Shown one piece after another: positions 9,489-18,370 of a stretch of 63,264 nt of DNA. The notes under the pieces were generated by a model. That model was not told the DNA's origin and ran no database searches. It saw only the letters and a list, made by a program, of their open reading frames with translations. The stretch spans positions 1-63,264 of IMG/VR virus record IMGVR_UViG_3300033076_000316. One strand, written 5' to 3'. This stretch comes from a virus (taxonomy: Duplodnaviria > Caudoviricetes). Within the stretch, counting starts at the first letter, position 1, and the number at the start of each line of letters is the position of its first letter. A program made the position numbers and the translations under genes.

Positions 9489-9853
9489 TAGTTAGCTCCT
9501 AGGTCATTTCTACTACTACCAGAATACCCTGCTGGGCTTCCTGAGTACCAGGAAACTCGAGGGTCAGTGTAGACTCGGTCTACTGATACAACGTCTTCGA
9601 TTGTTGGCTGCGTTCTATCTCCCCAGCCAAATCGTGGAGGAAGCATACGAATTTGAGGTAGTGGAGGACGTACCTGCTGTTGAATCTCTGATGCGGGCAT
9701 AGTTGCTGCCATCAGTGCCTGCTGAGTGAGGCGCTCCATGTTTGATGCCCAAGGACCGTTGTAGGTCCATTTCTGTGGACGACCTTCTTCATCGGTCTGG
9801 TTGTTACGCCATGGCTTTGTGTAATCGTAATTGCCGTCAGTAGTCTGTGACAT
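9488..9853 (-). CDS. hypothetical protein
   Basis: ORF track; tightly coupled to neighbours. Confidence 0.75.
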   Translation of the reverse strand: MSQTTDGNYDYTKPWRNNQTDEEGRPQKWTYNGPWASNMERLTQQALMAATMPASEIQQQVRPPLPQIRMLPPRFGWGDRTQPTIEDVVSVDRVYTDPRVSWYSGSPAGYSGSSRNDLGAN

Positions 9854-9854
9854 G

Positions 9855-10382
9855 TTATCTCCAGACTGGCTTTAGGTAGGCTAGTTGATTCATGCGGATT
9901 ACATTTGCTTCCGCAGGGCCATCAGCACGCGTATTGGCCTTACCGTCATTAACTAGGTGAGGTGCTGGAGTTAGTCGAATATCTGGTGCGGAGCGAGGGA
10001 TGCGGAAAACGCCAGCTTCTGGGTCGAACTTAGCCTTCATCTGACGCTGAATACCCTGCTGGTCATTGAACTCTGATGGCCAGAAGTAAGCTGATGGCTC
10101 AATGCGTTCACCCTTGTGGACACCACGCTGGTACGCTTTTTGTCCTACACGGTTCTTAATTGAGTCGAGTAGGCGGTCATCGCGTCGAGAACGAATTGTT
10201 CCTAGGTAGCCGTCAGGATATTCTGCAGATGGAACACGCCCAGTACCAATACGCAGTGAGTCTAGGTCACCACGTGCTACAGGTGTTCCCTGTCCGCCCT
10301 GGTTGTTATAACCGTAAAACCCATTACCGCCAAGTGATTGCCAGTTCTGGTTTGGAGAAAAGTTTTGTACTCCACCAGCCAT
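9855..10382 (-). CDS. hypothetical protein
   Basis: ORF track; AAGGA RBS. Confidence 0.75.
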   Translation of the reverse strand: MAGGVQNFSPNQNWQSLGGNGFYGYNNQGGQGTPVARGDLDSLRIGTGRVPSAEYPDGYLGTIRSRRDDRLLDSIKNRVGQKAYQRGVHKGERIEPSAYFWPSEFNDQQGIQRQMKAKFDPEAGVFRIPRSAPDIRLTPAPHLVNDGKANTRADGPAEANVIRMNQLAYLKPVWR

Positions 10383-10391
10383 TAGCTATCC

Positions 10392-10664
10392 TTATGCTCC
10401 CATAGTAGTTGGGGCTTGCATTCCTGAGTCTTGCTGTACGAAGGTACTCTGTCCAGCAAGAGGGTTTCTCCAGGTGAACATCTTGCCCTTGGTACTATTG
10501 TTGTCTTTAGTAAGCGGGTCTACATGCGCGTGCTCTGCTTGAGCTGCTTCTGCTCCAGAGTCTGGCTTAACAGTAGCAATCTGCGCCATGCCTGCTGAGG
10601 CTGGCTTGCTATTGAACAGCCTACTCAATGGAGCTATGGAGGCAGCAACGTTCATGTTAGACAT
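10392..10664 (-). CDS. hypothetical protein
   Basis: ORF track; AAGGGA RBS. Confidence 0.7.
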   Translation of the reverse strand: MSNMNVAASIAPLSRLFNSKPASAGMAQIATVKPDSGAEAAQAEHAHVDPLTKDNNSTKGKMFTWRNPLAGQSTFVQQDSGMQAPTTMGA

Positions 10665-10673
10665 GCTGGTCCC

Positions 10674-11096
10674 TTATAGGCTAGAAGACTGAATACCTGA
10701 TTCAAAGTTAGGGTTTACGCGTCCCTGTACAGAAGGAACTACACGAGCAGATGCCATGGTAGGACCAACTGATGGGTCAACTAGAGTTGAGCCAGTCTTA
10801 GGCTGAATGCGGTATGAAGCACCGATGTTCTCGATGTTTGCACGGTTAGCCTTACCACCTGCGGTAGGGTCACCTGCCTGTACGTTCTTCTTAGGAACTA
10901 GAGTTCCAGTAAGAGCGGTGTCAACGTGAGCGGCTCCGATAGGAATACGCACGCTTCCAGCTGCGTCAGCTGCTGCATAAGCTTCTTCGTGAGTTGCGTG
11001 GTTACGTGCCATTGATTTACCTGCCGATTCTAGGTGGTTTGATGGGTCACCGTCGCGACGACGCATTGCGTGACCTTTGCTTGCCCATGATGCCAT
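10674..11096 (-). CDS. hypothetical protein
   Basis: ORF track; AAGGAG RBS. Confidence 0.75.
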   Translation of the reverse strand: MASWASKGHAMRRRDGDPSNHLESAGKSMARNHATHEEAYAAADAAGSVRIPIGAAHVDTALTGTLVPKKNVQAGDPTAGGKANRANIENIGASYRIQPKTGSTLVDPSVGPTMASARVVPSVQGRVNPNFESGIQSSSL

Positions 11097-11133
11097 GAGA
11101 ACTCCTTTTGCTTACTACTAGAGTAAGGGATTT

Positions 11134-11430
11134 TTACTGTGCTGTAATAGCAAAAATGATTGCAGAGATTTCGCCGTCTCGGCTGTCAATAGTGGTGAAC
11201 CCTGGCTTACAAGTTAGGTCTAGTCCGCGAGGTGCTACGTATCCACGAGCAATAGCGATGGCCTTAACTGCCTGGTTGACTGCGCCTGCTCCTACGGCAC
11301 GTAGCTTTACAGCTCGGTGCTCATAGATTGCATGTGCAATTGCCGATGCTACAGACTGTGGGTTTGACCCACCAGCAATACGTAGGAACGGCTCTTCAGT
11401 TGATGGTACGGTGGTGATTTCTTCGGTCAC
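11134..11430 (-). CDS. spoVS: stage V sporulation protein S homolog (Alba-like fold)
   Basis: SNPQSVASAIA...AVGAGAVNQAVKAIAIARGYVAPRGLDLTCKPGF closely matches the SpoVS consensus. Confidence 0.92.
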   Translation of the reverse strand: MTEEITTVPSTEEPFLRIAGGSNPQSVASAIAHAIYEHRAVKLRAVGAGAVNQAVKAIAIARGYVAPRGLDLTCKPGFTTIDSRDGEISAIIFAITAQ

Positions 11431-11475
11431 GAGTGTTAGTCCTTAAGTAGTCGTGCCCTGCCTCAACTATTAAGG

Positions 11476-12060
11476 TTACAGTGAATCCCTATACTTAGGG
11501 TCTTTAACTTGTTCTACAATGGCTTTTTCTATTTCGCCTGTAATTGAGCCTGACGCTAGTCGTGCGAGAGCGTAAGAGTCTGCTGCGTTGTCGTCATTGA
11601 ACTCGATTCCCCAACGCTTGTAAATCTGCATGAGCATCTCTTGCTTCTTGGCATTACCCTTGCCTGCAGCGTACTTCTTCAGGGTCATTGGTGGAACCTG
11701 TAGTGGAGTTCTGCAGTGCTCCACTAGAGTATCCTCGAACTGGTCCCATAGGGTCAGCTTTACGGTGGCTGCGAGCTCGCCCAGCACCAAAGCTGAATGA
11801 CTGGCAAGAACTGTTCCTTCCATGGCGATGTCATGAAATGTATGGCCTTCTAGTGCCAACCATATAATTTTTTCACGCAGCCAGTAGCGGATATCCGCTA
11901 GTCTTCGCACACCCTTGTAAGGAGACTTATAGACCCAGGTCTCGTAGCACTCAGGTCTATCTACGTTTAGTGCGGTAACAGCAAACCCAGTCAACGACTG
12001 GTCAATGCCAATCGCGACTGGGCCTGGGAGGAGTCCTCCATCAAATACTTTTTCAGCCAT
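11476..12060 (-). CDS. ruvC: RuvC-like Holliday junction resolvase
   Basis: IGIDQSLT, AMEG, PPMTLKKYAAGKGNAKK, DDNAADSYAL. Confidence 0.88.
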   Translation of the reverse strand: MAEKVFDGGLLPGPVAIGIDQSLTGFAVTALNVDRPECYETWVYKSPYKGVRRLADIRYWLREKIIWLALEGHTFHDIAMEGTVLASHSALVLGELAATVKLTLWDQFEDTLVEHCRTPLQVPPMTLKKYAAGKGNAKKQEMLMQIYKRWGIEFNDDNAADSYALARLASGSITGEIEKAIVEQVKDPKYRDSL

Positions 12061-12604
12061 TCACTGATTCTAGTACTGGCAGGTCTGCCATGTCTTGCAA
12101 ACCTATGATAGGAACGTTGTAGTTTCCCTTGCCGTATGGAGCCAGGTATCGAATGTCTACGCAGTCTCGACCGTATGCCCATCCAACTGCACGGAATGCT
12201 GGTGCTTTGTAACCGTCAGCTGGTGAACGACGAGTCTTCTCTTCTGGCCCACCTACGATAAGGATGTAGATTTCATTAGGGTCGTCTACGCCTTCTTTAA
12301 ACCGTAGTGAGTACTTTGGATACCCAGGAATGTTCTTGGTAAATGAATACCGAATCTCGTAACCTGGAATGTCCAACTTGTTCTTAAAAGTGTTGACGTG
12401 TGGCTCAAAGTCCTCCATGCCCATCATGCGAGCAGCTGCCAACTCAGACGCTGCACAAATCATGTGCTGCCAGGTCTCCCAGATATCGCCTTCGCTATAG
12501 TTGCGGTTACGCTCTGGCTGTCCCATCATAGGTAGCTGTCGCTCAAATCCAACACGGGCGGCAATTGCTTCCTCCATAGGAGTAAGCTGGTATACCCATG
12601 CCAT
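12053..12604 (-). CDS. hypothetical protein (possibly degenerate PD-(D/E)xK nuclease fold)
   Basis: SELAAA...LDIPGYEIRY pattern; weak match. Confidence 0.4.
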   Translation of the reverse strand: MAWVYQLTPMEEAIAARVGFERQLPMMGQPERNRNYSEGDIWETWQHMICAASELAAARMMGMEDFEPHVNTFKNKLDIPGYEIRYSFTKNIPGYPKYSLRFKEGVDDPNEIYILIVGGPEEKTRRSPADGYKAPAFRAVGWAYGRDCVDIRYLAPYGKGNYNVPIIGLQDMADLPVLESVNG

Positions 12605-13164
12605 TAGAATGTCTCCAGCTCTTGAGCTAGGTGCATTGCAAAGTCAATAGTGCTGTGAAGGACCTCTAGTGAGGATTCATTATTGATGTGAGAAGTAAAG
12701 TGGTAGTCATCTAGGTCATGCTCTGAGATGTGGGAATTTACTGCCTCAAAACCCGTACGATTCACACGCCAAAGTGCTCCCTGTGCTTCTATAACAGCAT
12801 CTGCTTCGTTCTTAAACCGAACATCAGCAAACACTACCTTGTCGTACTTGGCAGCTTCCTTCATAGCAAGGTCAATCCAAACGTTCTCACCGAACATGTT
12901 GCGACCTACTTCTGTACCCATACGCTGTAGTAATCCACGAACATCGGGGCTATCTACCTTAAGGCTCTCCCAACCAAGACCGTCTACAGCCTGTGCGAGG
13001 GAGACTCCCTGCATATCTGCAATCTCAATTTTAGGGTCTAGGAGATATAGAGCCTTACGCATAGGGTCAGCAAAAGAAATTTTGGTAAACCCATAGTTTG
13101 AGACTAGGTAGTTTGCTACCGTATCCTTGCCGCTTCGAGCGTACCCGCTTAGTCCGATAATCAT
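12604..13164 (-). CDS. deoxynucleoside monophosphate kinase
   Basis: MIIGLSGYARSGKDT P-loop, SFADPMRK, LQRMGTE, DVRFKNE, HISE. Confidence 0.92.
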   Translation of the reverse strand: MIIGLSGYARSGKDTVANYLVSNYGFTKISFADPMRKALYLLDPKIEIADMQGVSLAQAVDGLGWESLKVDSPDVRGLLQRMGTEVGRNMFGENVWIDLAMKEAAKYDKVVFADVRFKNEADAVIEAQGALWRVNRTGFEAVNSHISEHDLDDYHFTSHINNESSLEVLHSTIDFAMHLAQELETF

Positions 13165-13184
13165 GTGTGCCCTCCTCTTATTTG

Positions 13185-13433
13185 TTATTTAACTTCAGCG
13201 TGGTACTTGTGTACGTAGTCAGTTAGGTGGTCCAAACGGAACCCTGACCATACCTGACCGTCTGATGTTACTACTACTGGTGCTGACTGAAACTTGTTTT
13301 CATCGATGATTGCTTGAACCTCTGGGCTATCTGAAATCATCTTTGCTTCAAATGGAACGTCCTTGCGAATGAGAAACTTCTTAGTCTGCTCGCACTGTAC
13401 GCAGTTTGGATTGCTGTAAATTGTAATGCTCAT
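13185..13433 (-). CDS. nrdH: NrdH-like glutaredoxin
   Basis: YSNPNCVQC, APVV, WSGFR. Confidence 0.92.
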   Translation of the reverse strand: MSITIYSNPNCVQCEQTKKFLIRKDVPFEAKMISDSPEVQAIIDENKFQSAPVVVTSDGQVWSGFRLDHLTDYVHKYHAEVK

Positions 13434-13504
13434 TTGTGATGTCCCCAGACGTCGTTTGCGAATAAAAGAACTACTACGATTAGTAGGACTACTAGTATAC
13501 CCAT
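13430..13504 (-). CDS. 24-aa single-TM micro-protein (MGILVVLLIVVVLLFANDVWGHHK)
   Basis: GGAGG RBS; ATGA overlap with nrdH. Confidence 0.55.
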   Translation of the reverse strand: MGILVVLLIVVVLLFANDVWGHHK

Positions 13505-13539
13505 GGGTGCTGCACCTCCCTATGTGCTAACAGTGATTA

Positions 13540-14232
13540 TTATGGAGCAACTCGCCCATTTTTAACAAACGCTGCGTAAGTGTGTGGCATCTTTTCTCCA
13601 AAATACTTCTCCATCTGGTCTGCAACCATGGCGATTTCTACCTGAGGGAATGATGGATAGGTGCCCTGTTCGAGTGAACGCAGGCTCAGGAAGTTCATTA
13701 GCGAACGAGCATTCATAGTTACGTACATTGAGCTATAGATGTTTAGCGGAAGCACCATACGAGCTACTTCACGAGCAATACCGTGGTCTAGCATCCACTG
13801 ATAACGCTCGTAGGCATCCTGTGCACCGCTGTTTAGGCAAGCACTAGTTGCAACGTGTTGCTCGGAAGTCCCAGGTTCAAAGGTATACGCACCAGGCTTT
13901 CCAACCTGAATCAACTTACGGTTTTCATCTGGCACATAGAAAACAGGGGCAAGTTCCTTATAGCGCCCTGACTCCTCGTTGTATGAGGCCATACGGTGGC
14001 GCTGGAACTCACGGAACACGAATAGTGGTGCCTCAATGTAGAAGGTAAAGGCATTGTGCTCGAATGGTGAGCCATGACGGTCACGCATTAGATAGTTGAT
14101 TAGGCCTTGGTCTTTGGTCAGGTCTTCTCCAGCACCAGTAGACACACGAGCGGCCATGGTCACAGCCTCGTCAGAGGCCATAGAGTTGATTAGCTCGACA
14201 CGCATGTCTGAGCGGAATGTAATATCAGGCAC
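13540..14232 (-). CDS. thyX: flavin-dependent thymidylate synthase
   Basis: HGSPFEH, RHRMASYNEESGRY, REVAR, NARSLMNFLSLR; likely GTG start at 14232. Confidence 0.97.
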   Translation of the reverse strand: MPDITFRSDMRVELINSMASDEAVTMAARVSTGAGEDLTKDQGLINYLMRDRHGSPFEHNAFTFYIEAPLFVFREFQRHRMASYNEESGRYKELAPVFYVPDENRKLIQVGKPGAYTFEPGTSEQHVATSACLNSGAQDAYERYQWMLDHGIAREVARMVLPLNIYSSMYVTMNARSLMNFLSLRSLEQGTYPSFPQVEIAMVADQMEKYFGEKMPHTYAAFVKNGRVAP

Positions 14233-14689
14233 TGAAGTACTCCTTACGCTGTGCACGAGAGTCATTAGAACGACGAGTAATCTCACGGCTAACTAGCTGT
14301 AGGTCACGCTCGTGATTGTTGAGTAGCATTTCTACCAACTTACGGTATGCGTACTTCTCTTCGTAGTCATTATCCAAATCGATGATGTCTTGATTGACAG
14401 AAATCTCTGCCTTGATGGCAGTTACACGCTCACCCTTTACCTGGGCTCCCATGCGACGGAACATCATCTTGTCTTCCAAAAGCTTCAGGCGCTTCTGAGC
14501 AGCACGCTCTTCAAGCTCTGCCATGACCTTCTGAGAGGCGATGTAGTCAGTCCAAGCGGTTAGGCGAGTAAATAGCTCACCCAGCTGCTCTGAGCTGATG
14601 TCGGTGATGTCCGCTGGAAGGACCACTTGCTCATCGCTTGGTTTAGAGAACGAGAGGCCCCATCCAGCAAATTTATCTATAGCAGTCAT
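14225..14689 (-). CDS. helical protein, possibly UvsY-like recombination mediator
   Basis: Coiled-coil character, size, and position in the recombination module. Confidence 0.4.
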   Translation of the reverse strand: MTAIDKFAGWGLSFSKPSDEQVVLPADITDISSEQLGELFTRLTAWTDYIASQKVMAELEERAAQKRLKLLEDKMMFRRMGAQVKGERVTAIKAEISVNQDIIDLDNDYEEKYAYRKLVEMLLNNHERDLQLVSREITRRSNDSRAQRKEYFSA

Positions 14690-15543
14690 TAGTCCTCCTT
14701 GTATGGGTCACACTGCTTGCAGGTTCCACCAGGATTGTTGTTACACTCTGGTGCTACGCCTGCTTCTACGGCATCTACAACAAGCTTAGCCCTATCGAAG
14801 ACGTGTCGCACAATCTCGAAGTCTCGCTTTACTGAGAACTCCTTGTAAGACTGGTCAGCCTTCAACTCGTAGATGAAAACAATCTCATTAACGTCGTTAC
14901 CCATACGCTGCATCAGCTCTAGGTACATCTGTCCCTGAAGGATGTGAGGACCGAAAGGCTTCTTTACCTTGCCCCATGCCTTCATGAAGTCTCCGTCAGC
15001 CTCCATCATCAACGATGGCGCTTCTGAGCGAATGGTTCCTGGGCCGATTGACTTAATCTCGATTAAAGTGTCGTCACCGATTCCCTTAATCCAACCGTCA
15101 GTGTGGCCCTTGATGCGAAGAGAGTCATCGACCATGGTTACTTCGTCGTAAATAAGCTTGTACCAAGGAGCCTGGCAGACTTCACACTCTTTTGGAGAGG
15201 TTCCGAAAGTGACTGAGTCACATACCTGACACTTGAACTTGCCGTGAATAACGCCCATCTCTTGGAACCAACGCTGCCACTTAGCGTGGATGTAGTGACC
15301 CTCGTCAAAGATGTTCTGTAGGCGGAGGTTAGGGTTAGTGGCAATCTTCTTGTGACCGCTTAGTAGGAAGTACGACCCACGACGACAGAAGTCATTCTTA
15401 ATAATTTCTGAAGGGTGAATTACCAGGGTGCTGCGGTCACCTGGAGCTTTCGTAAGTAGGTGGCGGTCGATGTCGCCTAGTAGACGTGTGGGCTTAGACT
15501 TTGCGTCTAGAAACTTCCACAGGTCTGTTTTCTGTGCTGCCAT
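14689..15543 (-). CDS. Cas4-like PD-(D/E)xK exonuclease
   Basis: HPSE...C, GH.IH, GHTDG...IEIKS, QGQMY, terminal C...CKQC. Confidence 0.85.
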   Translation of the reverse strand: MAAQKTDLWKFLDAKSKPTRLLGDIDRHLLTKAPGDRSTLVIHPSEIIKNDFCRRGSYFLLSGHKKIATNPNLRLQNIFDEGHYIHAKWQRWFQEMGVIHGKFKCQVCDSVTFGTSPKECEVCQAPWYKLIYDEVTMVDDSLRIKGHTDGWIKGIGDDTLIEIKSIGPGTIRSEAPSLMMEADGDFMKAWGKVKKPFGPHILQGQMYLELMQRMGNDVNEIVFIYELKADQSYKEFSVKRDFEIVRHVFDRAKLVVDAVEAGVAPECNNNPGGTCKQCDPYKED

Positions 15544-15874
15544 TGTTTTCCCTCTTCTTGTTTTCTAACTGAAAGATGTACTCTTTCAAAGTCATAGTCT
15601 TACGATACTGTCTTTGCCACTTTCTGACAAGAGCGTTTCTTTCTCGGTGACTCATTCCGCCCCAGATGCCGTGCTGCTCGTCCGTACGAACAGCTTCCCA
15701 GAGACAGTCAAGTCTAACAGGACACGGAGGAACATCGTTCACTCCAAAGCAATAAGTCTTAGCCTCATTAGCAATGACTTTGTACATTTCTTTATCCCTA
15801 GGAGGGAAGAAAAGAGTTGCGTCTGGGTCAACTCCATCGCAAACCGCTTCTTGGTACCAAGCATCAAATTTCAT
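15494..15874 (-). CDS. whiB: WhiB-family Fe-S transcription regulator
   Basis: AVC...FFP...C...CPVRLDCL...HGIWGGMSHRER. Confidence 0.93.
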   Translation of the reverse strand: MKFDAWYQEAVCDGVDPDATLFFPPRDKEMYKVIANEAKTYCFGVNDVPPCPVRLDCLWEAVRTDEQHGIWGGMSHRERNALVRKWQRQYRKTMTLKEYIFQLENKKRENNGSTENRPVEVSRRKV

Positions 15875-16181
15875 TAAGTTTGTTCCACTGTTCAAGGAAG
15901 TCGGTCTCCAAAAGAATGACGTAGTCTTCGCCATTCAGGTGGATGCCGAATACTGGCAATCGACCATCCATGATTGCTTCATTGGTAATCTTTTCCAATT
16001 CAGCAGCTGAGATAGTCTTGGTCTTTTTCCCTGTCCATTTATGTTCGATGAGTAACTGGCTGTTACGTACATCGCCTTTGCGAGACCAGAAGGCCCCAGA
16101 AGCTGCCGTGGTTTGCCCTCCAATGGCTTTTGCGAGACGTTTCTCGTGCTTCTGAGACTGCTTCTGACCTTCACTCTTCAC
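15864..16181 (-). CDS. Hjc-like PD-(D/E)xK endonuclease/resolvase
   Basis: HEKRLAK...SGA...KGDV...LIEHK. Confidence 0.7.
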   Translation of the reverse strand: MKSEGQKQSQKHEKRLAKAIGGQTTAASGAFWSRKGDVRNSQLLIEHKWTGKKTKTISAAELEKITNEAIMDGRLPVFGIHLNGEDYVILLETDFLEQWNKLNEI

Positions 16182-16390
16182 TAGATAGTGGCCTGTTCGA
16201 TTACAATCTTGGCCACGTTATAAGCAAACTTTTCTTGCTGAGTCCATGCCTTTCGAGCCTCTACGTCCAATGCTCGTAGAATCTCGACACGAAGCTCTTC
16301 CGCGCCTTCACGGCGAAGCTCCATGTTCATTGACTCTACGTAGCGCTCGTAGGCTTCGTGGTCAATTGACAGTTCATTCATCTTACTCAT
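16181..16390 (-). CDS. hypothetical protein
   Basis: ORF track; GGAGGGC RBS. Confidence 0.7.
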   Translation of the reverse strand: MSKMNELSIDHEAYERYVESMNMELRREGAEELRVEILRALDVEARKAWTQQEKFAYNVAKIVIEQATI

Positions 16391-17432
16391 CTTGCCCTCC
16401 TGTAAATGAATCTGGTGTGTTAAGAACTTTATCGCGAAGCTCTGACATTAAGTCTACCTCTTCACGGATAGAGTTTACAAGAGCCTCTTGGCCCTGCCAC
16501 TTACGCTCACCGTAATAAATCCAGCCACCCTTGCGGTCCACAATCTGTTTGACGATTGCCATAGCAGCGATTTCCTTTGAGACGTCAAAGTCGCCAGCCT
16601 CGTAGATGCTGTATGGTGCGAAGTAGAAATCGATGTAAGCAACGCGCTGTGGTGGAGCGGTCTTGTTCTTTAGAACACGAATCTTGATACGCTGACCTAC
16701 ACGAGTCTTGTTAACTCCTGTGCCACCTTCAATCCACTCGTCACGACGAACCTCTGAGCGAGTGAAGAACGCATAGTTCTTACCCTCACCACCAGGAGTG
16801 GTGCGTGGGTCTCCGTGCATCACACCAATCTTCATACGGTACTGGTTGATTACAATACCTAGGATTGGGCGTTCTTCTTCTACTAGAGAGCGCTTCATTG
16901 CTGCTCCAGCCTTACGGAAGAACTTGTTAGTAATAAGAGCGCCACGACCAACGGTCATTTCGTCCATGGCCTTCTCATCTTCAGGACCAGGTACTAGGGC
17001 AGGAAGTGAATCAATAACAATAGCGTCAACAGATTTAGACTCTGCAAAAGCCAAAACTGCATCATAAGCTTCCTCCATAATGTTGGTCTCAATAACGATG
17101 ACACGGCTGGTGTCAACTCCGCACATTGCAGCGTACTCAGGAACCCACTGCTCAGCAGCTACCCATACAGTAGTGTGCTCTGGGTCTCGCGCTTGGTTAG
17201 CGGCAATAGTCTTTAGCGCGATTGCCGTCTTGCCGTGCGAAGCCTCTCCAATAAGCTCATTCCATTGATTGCTCGGAAAGCCGCCACCAAGGACATAATC
17301 AAAAGTAGTAGAACCAGTAGTAATACGCTTAATAAGGTCAGAACGAACATCTTCTCCAATTACTACTACGTTGTCACCCAGCTTCTTGTTAATCTGGGCC
17401 ATAATCTTGCGTGCTTCAGCGTTAATTGACAT
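16383..17432 (-). CDS. recA: RecA-like recombinase
   Basis: TTGS...GGG, GEASHGKT Walker A, IVIDS, INQ.R.KIGVM.GDP.TTPGG, KNKTAPP. Confidence 0.97.
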   Translation of the reverse strand: MSINAEARKIMAQINKKLGDNVVVIGEDVRSDLIKRITTGSTTFDYVLGGGFPSNQWNELIGEASHGKTAIALKTIAANQARDPEHTTVWVAAEQWVPEYAAMCGVDTSRVIVIETNIMEEAYDAVLAFAESKSVDAIVIDSLPALVPGPEDEKAMDEMTVGRGALITNKFFRKAGAAMKRSLVEEERPILGIVINQYRMKIGVMHGDPRTTPGGEGKNYAFFTRSEVRRDEWIEGGTGVNKTRVGQRIKIRVLKNKTAPPQRVAYIDFYFAPYSIYEAGDFDVSKEIAAMAIVKQIVDRKGGWIYYGERKWQGQEALVNSIREEVDLMSELRDKVLNTPDSFTGGQDE

Positions 17433-17568
17433 TCTTTAAGTCCTGGATTCCTTCTGCGATTTCTTCTAAGTATTCGGCTTCGGCGTCATCGCCAAAGTCT
17501 CGTAGGTCGTTTGCTAGGCCGATGACAAAGTTAGTAGCGTCATTAATGCCGTCTTCGTATGCGCTCAT
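17422..17568 (-). CDS. 48-aa acidic micro-protein
   Basis: Hand translation MSAYEDGINDATNFVIGLANDLRDFGDDAEAEYLEEIAEGIQDLKNVN; coupled at both ends. Confidence 0.65.
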   Translation of the reverse strand: MSAYEDGINDATNFVIGLANDLRDFGDDAEAEYLEEIAEGIQDLKNVN

Positions 17569-17954
17569 TAGCCGTCAATCCTTCCAATGATTCCCTGTGG
17601 ATTCCAGTTGCTTGTTGGATTGTTTCCAGCAGCCGCTTTAGCGGAACCTTCGACGTGTGCGCCTGTTAGGTTTCCGTATCGTGAGCCCGATTGCGAGATA
17701 GGATACCCGCAGTCATAGCAACGCGGTGCCGCATTTTGGATGGCCATATAATTAACCGACCCGCACTCAGGACACGTAGCAGTCTGCTTAGCTGATTGCG
17801 CACGCTCCGCCTGTGGGGCTTGAAAGGAAGGCATCGGCTGCATAGGCTGCTGTGATGGTGGCATAGGAGGCATGTCCATTGGACGACCTACTGGTGCCTG
17901 TTGCTGTGCTGGGGTGCCCGCTAGGCGAGCTGCCCACCAATCTGCGTTACTCAT
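17568..17954 (-). CDS. Pro/Gln-rich zinc-ribbon protein
   Basis: CPECGS...CYDCGY. Confidence 0.75.
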   Translation of the reverse strand: MSNADWWAARLAGTPAQQQAPVGRPMDMPPMPPSQQPMQPMPSFQAPQAERAQSAKQTATCPECGSVNYMAIQNAAPRCYDCGYPISQSGSRYGNLTGAHVEGSAKAAAGNNPTSNWNPQGIIGRIDG

Positions 17955-18370
17955 TTGTGCCTCTTTGGAATGTCGAGTAGACCCATGTCTACGATTTGAG
18001 ATACTGAACCTAGGATTGCTGAGAGTGCAACCTGCTCCATCATGCGACGGCTTTCCTGCCAGATTTCGTCTGGAAGTTCCTTGAGCTCACCAGTCAGATT
18101 ACTTCGCTGGTACTCAACTGCACCTTCTGCAAGTGTATGTGCGTGTGCGTAAAGTAGTGGAATCAGGTAACCAATTCGCTCTGTGCGCTTGTCACTTTCT
18201 TGCTCTTCACGTTCAGCTACCTCGTCACTTAGAGCACTGCATCCTAGGAGCTCTGTAAGAGCATGCCCATTCTGAATTTGCGAGTCTAGAATAAACCCAC
18301 GTAGGCGACTAGTAATGTCGCCAATGCTGAGTCCATGCTTATGCTTATGCTTTTTCTTTTTAGCGAACAT
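17951..18370 (-). CDS. hypothetical protein
   Basis: ORF track; coupled to neighbours. Confidence 0.75.
   Translation of the reverse strand: MFAKKKKHKHKHGLSIGDITSRLRGFILDSQIQNGHALTELLGCSALSDEVAEREEQESDKRTERIGYLIPLLYAHAHTLAEGAVEYQRSNLTGELKELPDEIWQESRRMMEQVALSAILGSVSQIVDMGLLDIPKRHK

Noticed and set aside
14689-15543. Cas4 as evidence of a CRISPR-Cas system
   Set aside because: No array or other cas genes; solo Cas4-like nucleases are common in phage recombination modules.
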